A DNA stretch of 64,000 nt from an uncultured Thiotrichaceae bacterium (GTDB lineage: Bacteria; Pseudomonadota; Gammaproteobacteria; SZUA-229). Positions 29,168 through 37,285 of the stretch are shown piece after piece. Position 1 is the stretch's first letter. Every line of letters starts with the position of its first letter. The stretch lies in assembly GCA_964531165.1 (NCBI GenBank), contig CAZHEA010000001.1, positions 62,835 through 126,834 on the forward strand, written 5' to 3'. The notes under the pieces were generated by a model. That model saw only the letters and a program-made list of their open reading frames with translations, searched no databases and was not told the origin of the DNA. Both the position numbers and the translations under genes were made by a program.

Positions 29168-29456
29168 TAGCAGATGTTCCAGGGTTTAGTTGTCATATCC
29201 ATAAAAACTATTATCCTGACATAGTAAAACATGCAGATTAATTACATGGTGCTTGATGGACTTATTGCGCGATTCAATATTTATGAGCGTAAATTAAACA
29301 TAAAACACCGTATAACTATCATCACATCTCTATAGCACACCGCAAGGCGAGTATCTGGAGGTAAAACTCAAAGATGGCCATGCGATTATATTTGAAACAC
29401 AGAATACTGTTATTGTCAGTTTTCACTTTGCCAGCTACCTGTCGATTCGTTATATT

Positions 29457-29483
29457 GAAGGCTGCTCTTAGCGAGCAGCCTTC
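29457..29483 (-). terminator. Stable hairpin directly after the TM2-protein gene
   Basis: GAAGGCTGCTC-TTAGC-GAGCAGCCTTC, a perfect 11-bp stem 8 nt past the stop. No clear U-tract on either strand. Confidence 0.45.
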
Positions 29484-29490
29484 AGTTCAA

Positions 29491-29964
29491 TCATTTATCC
29501 TGCTGTATCTGCACTTGCTCTGCTTTATCTACATACCCCTGATAAGCAGGAATAGCGACTGCCGCCAGAATTCCTACTATTGGAATAATCACAAAAAATC
29601 CCACCAGCGCTAAAATCAATACAGATGAACCTGATTTATTGCCATATTTTTCATTCCACTTTTGATCACTGGTGAAGAGAAATACAAAAGTTTCTACTAA
29701 CGAAACTAAACTGGGTATATAAGTCCAGAAAAATAGCAAATAAAATATTCCCCACCACTGTCCAAGATAAAATCGGTGAAAGCCAAAGGCCCCTAAAAAC
29801 AGGGCTAAAAGAGCTGCAGCGACTTTGCTTCTACCGCCAACACTTTGAGCTGCACCACATGATGGGCAGGCTGTTGCAGTTATTGAAATTTTTGCTCCAC
29901 AGTCACGACAATAAACCAGATTTGCCTCTAATTGCCCTTCAGGTGTGCTGTATGGGTTATTCAT
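29491..29964 (-). CDS. Zinc-ribbon + TM2-domain membrane protein with a C-terminal pilin-like helix
   Basis: CRDCG...CPSCG, TM2 core (LALFLGAFGFHRFYLGQWWGIFYLLFFW) and a C-terminal GILAAVAIPAYQGYVDKA. Confidence 0.7.
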   Translation of the reverse strand: MNNPYSTPEGQLEANLVYCRDCGAKISITATACPSCGAAQSVGGRSKVAAALLALFLGAFGFHRFYLGQWWGIFYLLFFWTYIPSLVSLVETFVFLFTSDQKWNEKYGNKSGSSVLILALVGFFVIIPIVGILAAVAIPAYQGYVDKAEQVQIQQDK

Positions 29965-30056
29965 TATTTATCTCTTATAATTGCGTATAATGATTATGAT
30001 ATTTTCCATTGCGCACTTAACGACTAAGGCGCTCAACATATTCTTAAAATAGAATT

Positions 30057-30848
30057 TTAGTAGTTAATAAATTCATTAATTTCTGGATAATATTCAACCG
30101 CTTCCTGAATTGTATTATGCCCGACATTCGAATATATGACTAATTTAACGTTATCACCCGCGGCCTGTTTTAAGTTTAGCAAATTTTCATTTGCAATAAT
30201 TTCATCTCTTTCTGCTGCCAGCATTAAAACTGGCACTTTAATTTGCTTAATATAATCTATGGTTGGAAAGGCATGATTCATAAGCAACCTAACCGGGAAA
30301 TATTTATACTGATTCGCGGCGATGTTTTCGATGCTATCAAACGGAGTGATTAATATAAGTGCCTTAACTTCTCGCTTAGCAGCAAGATAAGCAGCAACCG
30401 ATGAACCCAGACTTCTACCCACGACTATTATATCTTCAGGTTTCAACTGATATTCTTTTAACGCCCAGTCATAAACCTGTAATGCATTTTCATAAAAGTT
30501 TTTCTGTGTCGGTTTACCGGTGCTTTTTCCATAGCCCGGATGATTAATAGCGATAAGCTGCTTTATTTTAAACAGTTTGGCTTCAAAATTTAAATACACC
30601 ACGTCCTGAGCATTACCACCAAAGTAAATAACCGTTTTAGTTTGTGCTTCATTCACTTTAATATTCCAGCCATGCAGCTGGTTAGTTGACGTGCTAAAGC
30701 TGATTGCATTTTGACTCACCGAGTCATATAAATCGTCCTGTGGCTGCGGTGGAAAAAATATCAACTTATTCTGAAACAGGAATAACGCTGCGCACATTAA
30801 TATATAAACACCAGCTAATAACATTAATATACTTATCATAATTTTCAT
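30057..30848 (-). CDS. Alpha/beta-fold hydrolase, membrane anchored
   Basis: GRSLGS nucleophile elbow and C-terminal D/H candidates (AAERDE, VGHN). I prefer the ATG at 30848 (MKIMISILML...), which abuts the upstream stop, over the ATG at 30947. Confidence 0.7.
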   Translation of the reverse strand: MKIMISILMLLAGVYILMCAALFLFQNKLIFFPPQPQDDLYDSVSQNAISFSTSTNQLHGWNIKVNEAQTKTVIYFGGNAQDVVYLNFEAKLFKIKQLIAINHPGYGKSTGKPTQKNFYENALQVYDWALKEYQLKPEDIIVVGRSLGSSVAAYLAAKREVKALILITPFDSIENIAANQYKYFPVRLLMNHAFPTIDYIKQIKVPVLMLAAERDEIIANENLLNLKQAAGDNVKLVIYSNVGHNTIQEAVEYYPEINEFINY

Positions 30849-30849
30849 T

Positions 30850-31605
30850 TTATAAATGCAGTAATTTTTCCAGCTCTTCACTGGTTGGCTGTACATCACG
30901 ATGTTGATAAAACTGCATAATTTCATCAAATGCCTGCTGCGGTTCATCTACCACTTTAAACAGGTCTAAATCTTCTTTTTTTATCATATTTTGTTTAAGT
31001 AATGAGTTTTCAAACCAGTCCAGTAGCGGTTGCCAGAATGTTTTATCCATTAAAATGATTGGTATTCTGGGCGTTTTACCAGTTTGCACTAGCGTCAACA
31101 TTTCAGCCATTTCATCAAGCGTGCCGAAACCTCCCGGACAGACGACATAAGCCGCAGCATATTTTACAAACATCACTTTGCGGGTAAAGAAATGACTGAA
31201 CTGTAAGCTGATATCCTGATAGGCATTGGGTGTCTGCTCCACCGGTAATTCTATATTTAAACCAATACTGGCTGATTTTCCCTCATAACCACCACGGTTT
31301 GCAGCTTCCATAATACCCGGGCCGCCGCCGGATATAATGGCAAAACCCGCATCGGATAATAAGCGCGAGACCTCGCGAGCTTTTTTATAATCATCGGAAT
31401 CTTCACTAATACGCGCCGAACCAAAAATGCTGACTGCCGGCTTGATCTGGCTTAGCTGCTCAAAGCCTTCAACAAACTCCGCCATAATTTTAAATACCCG
31501 CCAGGATTCACGGTTTAATTCTGCACCGGGATTACAACCCGAGTTTTTTACAATACTACTGCCTTCGCTTTTACTCTTAGTATCAGTCAATTTTGTATCA
31601 GCCAT
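30850..31605 (-). CDS. LOG-family (TIGR00730-type) nucleotide phosphoribohydrolase
   Basis: GGGPGIMEAANRG and PGGFGTLDE motifs. Confidence 0.8.
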   Translation of the reverse strand: MADTKLTDTKSKSEGSSIVKNSGCNPGAELNRESWRVFKIMAEFVEGFEQLSQIKPAVSIFGSARISEDSDDYKKAREVSRLLSDAGFAIISGGGPGIMEAANRGGYEGKSASIGLNIELPVEQTPNAYQDISLQFSHFFTRKVMFVKYAAAYVVCPGGFGTLDEMAEMLTLVQTGKTPRIPIILMDKTFWQPLLDWFENSLLKQNMIKKEDLDLFKVVDEPQQAFDEIMQFYQHRDVQPTSEELEKLLHL

Positions 31606-31668
31606 TTTTCTGCTATCCGTTTTCCCATCTTTTTACGTTTGGTGTCATAATACCCCCAATCTTTTTAC

Positions 31669-34386
31669 ATGCACACTAAATCTCTTATGGCTTCACAAAC
31701 AAATCACAAAGCCCCGCTTATTTTAGTGGATGGCTCTTCATATTTATTCCGTGCCTTTCATGCACTGCCACCACTGGAAAACTCCAAAGGTCAGCCCACC
31801 GGAGCGATTTATGGCGTAATCAATATGCTCAAAAAACTCGTTGATGAATATCAGCCTGAACACATGGCAGTAGTGTTTGATGCCAAGGGCAAAACTTTTC
31901 GCAGTGATATTTACGCAGACTATAAAGCTCATCGTCCACCGATGCCGGATGAATTACGCAGCCAGATAGAACCGATTCACAACATTGTCGATGCGCTGGG
32001 TTACCCGCGCATTGTGGTGCCTAAAGTAGAAGCCGATGATGTGATTGGCACACTGGCCAGGCAGGCAGAAGCGGCGGGGTACGAGGTTTTGATTTCCACC
32101 GGTGATAAAGATTTAGCCCAGCTGGTGACCGATAAAATCACCCTGATTAATACCATGAATAATTTCATCAGCACACCGGAATCAGTACTGGAAAAATTTG
32201 GCGTATCAGCTGAGCGCATCATTGATTATTTGGCTCTGATTGGTGACACCGCGGATAACATTCCCGGCATTAATAAAGTCGGCCCAAAAACCGCGGTAAA
32301 GTGGCTGAATCAGTATGAATCGGTAGACAATATCATTGACCATGCGGATGAGTTTAAAGGTAAGGTCGGCGAGTATTTGCGCGAAGGGCTGGGCCAGCTG
32401 CCTATTTCTTATCAGTTGGCAACCATCATCTGCGATGTTGAACTGGATGAAAAGCCAGATGATTTACAACTAAAACCAGCGGATACGGATAGCCTGAAAA
32501 ACCTTTATAGTGAGTTCGAACTTAAAAGCTGGCTCACCGAACTCGGCGGAGAGTCTACCAGCGGTGCTATCTCGGCGATTGAAACCGACTATCAAACGGT
32601 TTTAACACAACCTGAATTTGATAGCTGGATTGAGCAGCTCAAACGCGCCGGTGAATTTGCCTTCGACACCGAAACCACCAGCTTAAATTATATGCAGGCA
32701 CGGGTCGTCGGAGTGTCGTTTTGTATTGAACCGGGCAAAGCCGCCTATGTACCTTTTGGCCATGATTATGAAGGTGCGCCACAACAACTTTCTGAAGATA
32801 TTGTACTGGGAACGTTAAAGCCCTTGCTGGAAGATCCAGTGGTTAGGAAAATCGGTCAGAACCTTAAATACGATGTGCATGTTTTACAAAACCACGGCAT
32901 AAAAATGCGCGGCATTAGTGATGACACGCTGCTGCAATCCTATGTTCTGGACTCCACCAAACGCCACGATATGAACAGTATGGCAACTCGCTTTCTTAAT
33001 CACTCGACTATTCATTTCGAAGATATCGCAGGCAAGGGCGCCAAACAGCTCACCTTTAACCAGATAGAGCTGGAAAAAGCCGGCCCTTATGCCGCTGAAG
33101 ATGCGGATATAACCCTGCGTTTACACCAGTGTATTCACAGCCAGCTGGAAGCGATACCTGAATTATTGAATGTATACAACGAAATCGAGCTGCCACTAAT
33201 GCCAATTATTCAGCAGATTGAGCGCAATGGGGTCAAAATTGATGCACAAATGCTGGCTGATCAGAGTTACCAGCTAGCCGAGCGTATCAAGGAGATCGAG
33301 CAACAGGCCTATGAAGTAGCGGGTGAGGAGTTTAATCTGGGCTCTCCTAAACAAATTCAGCACATCTTTTTCGACAAACTCGAATTACCGGTAATACGCA
33401 AAACCCCCAAGGGCCAGCCATCCACCGCTGAAGATGTATTGCAGGAACTGGCCGAAGAGCACGAGCTACCACGACTGATTTTAGAAAACCGCGGTTTAAG
33501 CAAACTCAAATCAACTTATACCGATAAGCTGCCTAAACAGATTGATGAAAAAACCGGCCGCGTGCACACCAGCTATAACCAGACCGGCGCCGCCACCGGG
33601 CGTATGTCATCCACTGACCCCAATTTACAAAACATTCCGGTTCGCTCGCAGGAAGGCCGACGCATCCGCAAAGCTTTTATTGCTGATGACGGCAACTGCA
33701 TTTTAGCCGCTGACTATTCACAAATTGAGCTGCGCATTATGGCGCACCTGTCAGCCGATAAAAGCTTACTGACCGCTTTTAAAGAAGGCCGCGATATACA
33801 CCGCGCCACCGCTGCCGAAGTATTTGACGTTGCCCTCGATAAAGTCGATACCGAACAGCGTCGCGCCGCCAAGGCCATTAATTTCGGACTGATTTATGGC
33901 ATGTCCGCCTTTGGCCTGGCCAAACAGCTAAATGTAACCCGCTATGAAGCACAGGATTTTATTGATGTATATTTCGAGCGCTACCCCGGTGTAAAAGACT
34001 ATATGGACAATACCCGCGAGCAGGCCCATGAAACCGGCTATGTGGAGACCTTATTCGGCCGCCGCCTGTACCTGCCGGAAATCAATTCCAAAAATGGTAT
34101 GCGCCAGAAGTATGCAGAACGCACCGCCATTAATGCCCCAATGCAGGGAAGCGCCGCAGATATTATTAAACGGGCAATGCTTAAAGTGCATCAACAGCTG
34201 CAAAATTCTGATATTAAAGCACTAATGATTATGCAGGTGCACGACGAACTGGTGTTTGAAGTCGCAAAAAATCAGGTGGATGCATTGAGTAAGCTATTAC
34301 ACGAAGAAATGGAGAGTGCCGCTGATCTGAATGTACCATTACTGGTGGATATCGGGACAGGCATTAACTGGGATGAAGCGCATTAG
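31669..34386 (+). CDS. polA: DNA polymerase I
   Basis: 5'-nuclease N-terminus (LILVDGSSYLFRAF), 3'-5' exonuclease (FDTETTSL) and polymerase motifs (DYSQIELR, RRAAKAINFGLIYG, QVHDELVFE). The start may be the ATG at 31687. Confidence 0.95.
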   Translation: MHTKSLMASQTNHKAPLILVDGSSYLFRAFHALPPLENSKGQPTGAIYGVINMLKKLVDEYQPEHMAVVFDAKGKTFRSDIYADYKAHRPPMPDELRSQIEPIHNIVDALGYPRIVVPKVEADDVIGTLARQAEAAGYEVLISTGDKDLAQLVTDKITLINTMNNFISTPESVLEKFGVSAERIIDYLALIGDTADNIPGINKVGPKTAVKWLNQYESVDNIIDHADEFKGKVGEYLREGLGQLPISYQLATIICDVELDEKPDDLQLKPADTDSLKNLYSEFELKSWLTELGGESTSGAISAIETDYQTVLTQPEFDSWIEQLKRAGEFAFDTETTSLNYMQARVVGVSFCIEPGKAAYVPFGHDYEGAPQQLSEDIVLGTLKPLLEDPVVRKIGQNLKYDVHVLQNHGIKMRGISDDTLLQSYVLDSTKRHDMNSMATRFLNHSTIHFEDIAGKGAKQLTFNQIELEKAGPYAAEDADITLRLHQCIHSQLEAIPELLNVYNEIELPLMPIIQQIERNGVKIDAQMLADQSYQLAERIKEIEQQAYEVAGEEFNLGSPKQIQHIFFDKLELPVIRKTPKGQPSTAEDVLQELAEEHELPRLILENRGLSKLKSTYTDKLPKQIDEKTGRVHTSYNQTGAATGRMSSTDPNLQNIPVRSQEGRRIRKAFIADDGNCILAADYSQIELRIMAHLSADKSLLTAFKEGRDIHRATAAEVFDVALDKVDTEQRRAAKAINFGLIYGMSAFGLAKQLNVTRYEAQDFIDVYFERYPGVKDYMDNTREQAHETGYVETLFGRRLYLPEINSKNGMRQKYAERTAINAPMQGSAADIIKRAMLKVHQQLQNSDIKALMIMQVHDELVFEVAKNQVDALSKLLHEEMESAADLNVPLLVDIGTGINWDEAH

Positions 34387-34458
34387 CCCTGCACCAAAAA
34401 GAGTCAATAATAACAAGATGATAGCGTTACCTGTTTAAAACATTCTTAAGAGACAACT

Positions 34459-34488
34459 GAAAAAGGCCTTAACAACAAGGCCTTTTTC
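34459..34488 (+). terminator. polA terminator hairpin
   Basis: GAAAAAGGCCT-N8-AGGCCTTTTTC, a perfect 11-bp stem containing A and T runs (bidirectional type). Confidence 0.7.
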
Positions 34489-34559
34489 AGTTTAAAAAGA
34501 CTAACCACTCGTCATCTTGATTTTGACAATAGCCCGATATGAACTTTACTTAATAACAG

Positions 34560-34701
34560 GGAACAATTGCAGTTTTAAAGAATTGCGCTAAAGCCCGGCG
34601 CAAGCTCGCTTACCTCCCTTAAGCGGGCAAATTTGAGGCAGATTTCCCCAAGTCGGCCTCTATGTTACCCCTGACCACTTCCCTGGTGGTCGGGGTTTTT
34701 T
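34560..34701 (+). ncRNA. Candidate small RNA in the polA-engB spacer (5' end uncertain)
   Basis: Three hairpins. SL1 is 34584-34602. SL2 is 34604-34628, with a 9-bp stem and a CCUCCCU loop. The third is a strong intrinsic terminator at 34668-34701 (CCCC(U)GACCAC / GUGGUCGGGG, then six U). No ORF. Same strand and slot as spf/ErsA in other gammaproteobacteria. Confidence 0.35.
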
Positions 34702-34878
34702 AATTTTGGGGGTTTAAAAAGTTTAAAGCTGTTTTGTCTACAAATGAACGCAAAACACGCACATTTATTATTGTATCTAACCTGATTAATTAGCTGACTT
34801 AAAATATCCAGATAGACTTAAAATCCCCTTTAAGCATATAACTTTTACGTATTTTGTGTCTTTTGCGTTAAAAAGTTT

Positions 34879-35481
34879 TTAGTCATCCAGCCCAAACCAG
34901 CCATTCAAAACCCGCTGCAGCTCATCAACCCCGCTTTTCTTCAATGCCGAAAACATCTGCACAGAAGCTCCAAAATCTGCATCTTTCAGCGCTTTTTTCA
35001 CCGCCAATAGCTGCTTACTGGCGACACCCTTTTTAAGCTTGTCGGCTTTAGTTAGCACAACATGCACCGGTGTATTCATGTCTTCACACCATTCCAGCAT
35101 TTGCACATCGTAATCTTTCAGGGGGTGGCGAATATCCATAATAATCACCAGCCCGCGCAATTGCTGGCGCTCACCTAAATAAGATTCCATTAGCTTCTGC
35201 CATTCACGGCGCACTTTTTCCGGGACTTTGGCGTAGCCGTAGCCGGGTAAATCCACCAGACAGTGACTGTCATCAAACGGGAAGAAGTTAATTAACTGGG
35301 TACGACCGGGAGTTTTACTGATACGTGCAAGCGCCTTCTGATCGCATAAGGTATTGATTGCACTTGATTTACCTGCATTGGAGCGGCCTGCAAATCCAAC
35401 TTCCAGCATTTCATGTTCGGGAAACTGACTGGCATTACTGGCACTGGTTAAAAACGAAGCCTGACGATAATAGTTTGGCAT
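34879..35481 (-). CDS. engB: Ribosome-biogenesis GTPase EngB/YihA
   Basis: G1 GRSNAGKSS, G3 DLPGYG, G4 TKADK. Confidence 0.92.
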   Translation of the reverse strand: MPNYYRQASFLTSASNASQFPEHEMLEVGFAGRSNAGKSSAINTLCDQKALARISKTPGRTQLINFFPFDDSHCLVDLPGYGYAKVPEKVRREWQKLMESYLGERQQLRGLVIIMDIRHPLKDYDVQMLEWCEDMNTPVHVVLTKADKLKKGVASKQLLAVKKALKDADFGASVQMFSALKKSGVDELQRVLNGWFGLDD

Positions 35482-35744
35482 GATGACTCTTTCAAATAGA
35501 CCGTGTAGAAATATACAACGCGAGATATTACCAATCCTGGAGCAATACAGCGAGGATTTGCGCAGTTCTGTGCCTTTAACTTTTAAAAATCAGCAAAATC
35601 TTATCTGCTGAAATTGCTGAAATCGCTGATCTGGTGTACTATAGCGCCACATTTTTGCCGTGGTCTATCATTTTTATCCCGTGGCAGCCCAACTTTTTCT
35701 AGCGTCACCATAAAGACGTCATACTCGTTTGGAGAATACAACCG

Positions 35745-36350
35745 ATGAACTTTAAATCTCTGCTTGCCATATTAGGCCTACTTGGTCTGAATGCCACCAC
35801 ACAAGCCGCTGACCTGGCTGCCGGTGAAGCTACCGCTGGTGCTATCTGTGCGGGTTGCCATATGCCTGACGGTAATAGCGTTGTGGATATGTTTCCTAAG
35901 CTGGCAGGTCAACATGCGTCTTATCTTGCCAAGCAGTTAAACGATTATAAGAGTGGTGCACGTGAAGATGCCACTATGACCGGCATGGCTGCAACTCTGG
36001 CGACTGACGAGGATGTCGCCAATGTATCTGCATTTTTTGCCAGCAAAACGACTACAGCCGCAACAGCAGACGATGCAAAGGTTGCACTGGGTAAAGCCAT
36101 CTTCCGTGGTGGTAACACATCTTCGAAATTACCCGCCTGCATGGGTTGCCACGGTGTAAATGGTTCCGGTAACCCGGCTGCTAAATTCCCTGCATTAAAA
36201 GGGCAACATGCCACTTATACTATTGCACAGTTAACGGCTTTCCGTGACGGCAAGCGTAAGAATGACAACAATATGATGCAGAATGTAGCCAATAAAATGA
36301 CCACTGCTGAAATTGAAGCCGTTGCTAACTATATTGCTCAAATGAAATAA
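35745..36350 (+). CDS. Dihaem cytochrome c4
   Basis: Signal peptide and two CxxCH motifs (CAGCH, CMGCH), each followed by a distal Met region. About 200 aa. Confidence 0.88.
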   Translation: MNFKSLLAILGLLGLNATTQAADLAAGEATAGAICAGCHMPDGNSVVDMFPKLAGQHASYLAKQLNDYKSGAREDATMTGMAATLATDEDVANVSAFFASKTTTAATADDAKVALGKAIFRGGNTSSKLPACMGCHGVNGSGNPAAKFPALKGQHATYTIAQLTAFRDGKRKNDNNMMQNVANKMTTAEIEAVANYIAQMK

Positions 36351-36372
36351 GCTTTAATGCTTATTCCATAAA

Positions 36373-36397
36373 AGGCAGCTTCGGCTGTCTTTTTTTT
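36373..36397 (+). terminator. Intrinsic terminator after cytochrome c4
   Basis: AGGCAGC-TTCG-GCTGTCT stem followed by seven T. Confidence 0.75.
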
Positions 36398-36516
36398 GCC
36401 TGTGTTATTTGCGTACCGCACCTGTAAAGCTGTGGCATAATCGACAACAGATGAAATTATTCAGCACTTAAGCTGTCATAACAAAAAATTTATTATGGAT
36501 TCTTCCGGGGGGAAAA

Positions 36517-37149
36517 ATGAGTTATTTAAAAAAAATCAGTCTGTTAGGGTTAATGCTGCTATCTCTTTCACTATCGAGTTTGGCTCAGGCAGAGGATTAT
36601 GAAGAAGGTAAGTCTTATTCAAAACTGGCAAAACCTGTTGCCACTCAAAGCGGCGATAAAATCGAAATTCTGGAGTTTTTCTGGTATGGCTGCCCGCACT
36701 GCTTTAGTTTTGAGCCCACTTTAAAGAAATGGAAAAAAAATCTGCCGGCTAATGTTAAGTTTGTACGGGTTCCAGCACCATTAAACCCTCGCTGGATGGC
36801 ACACACCAAAACGTACTATGCTCTGGAAATTATGGGTGAAGGCGAGAAGTATCACCATGATATTTTCACCGCGATGCACGTTAAAAAAATGAAGCTGTAT
36901 TCAAAATCGGCTCTTGCTGATTATCTTGCAACGCTGGGCGTTAATAAAGACACCTTCCTCTCAACTTTCGATTCTTTTGCCGTTGAAATGCGCGCAAAAC
37001 AGGCAATGCAACTGGGTCAGCAATATAAAGTTAATGGTGTTCCTATGCTTGCGGTAAATGGGAAATACACTATTTCAGGCTCTCAGGCAGGTAGTTTTGC
37101 AAGTATGGTTAATATTGCTAATTATTTAATTAAGCAGGAATCTAAATAA
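36517..37149 (+). CDS. dsbA: Thiol:disulfide interchange protein DsbA
   Basis: Signal peptide, FFWYGCPHC active site, about 210 aa. Confidence 0.9.
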   Translation: MSYLKKISLLGLMLLSLSLSSLAQAEDYEEGKSYSKLAKPVATQSGDKIEILEFFWYGCPHCFSFEPTLKKWKKNLPANVKFVRVPAPLNPRWMAHTKTYYALEIMGEGEKYHHDIFTAMHVKKMKLYSKSALADYLATLGVNKDTFLSTFDSFAVEMRAKQAMQLGQQYKVNGVPMLAVNGKYTISGSQAGSFASMVNIANYLIKQESK

Positions 37150-37178
37150 TTTCAGGGTAAACTTATAATAAATTATGA

Positions 37179-37205
37179 ATAGCCTGAAAATTTAGGCTAT
37201 TTGCC
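37179..37205 (+). terminator. Hairpin after dsbA
   Basis: ATAGCCT-N8-AGGCTAT, followed by TTGCCTTGTTT. Confidence 0.5.
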
Positions 37206-37235
37206 TTGTTTAGTTGCATATTGATGTCTATATTT

Positions 37236-37260
37236 AAAGGGAGCTTTTGCTCCCTTTTTT
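37236..37260 (+). terminator. Strong intrinsic terminator 25 nt upstream of the diguanylate cyclase start
   Basis: AAAGGGAGC-TTTT-GCTCCCTTT, continuing into a T run. Confidence 0.75.
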
Positions 37261-37285
37261 ATTTCTCTGACAGGCTTATTCAATT

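Noticed and set aside
29231-29471. A possible gene remnant in the 323-bp spacer. It comprises a 34-codon ATG ORF (29231-29335) and a 51-codon stop-free frame (29316-29468, ...YLEVKLKDGHAIIFETQNTVIVSFHFASYL...)
   Set aside because: The longer frame has no start codon or RBS and runs into the terminator hairpin. The shorter one has no recognisable features. This cannot be distinguished from chance without a database search (tblastn/blastx would decide).
29374-29613. 79-aa plus-strand ORF
   Set aside because: It is antisense to the 3' end of the TM2-protein gene and crosses its terminator hairpin. This is a shadow ORF.
30849-30947. Upstream ATG (30947) for the alpha/beta hydrolase, which would give a 99-nt overlap with the LOG-family gene
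   Set aside because: The ATG at 30848 starts a hydrophobic membrane anchor (MKIMISILMLLAG...) and abuts the upstream stop. The extra 33 residues look like read-through of the neighbour's 3' end in another frame.
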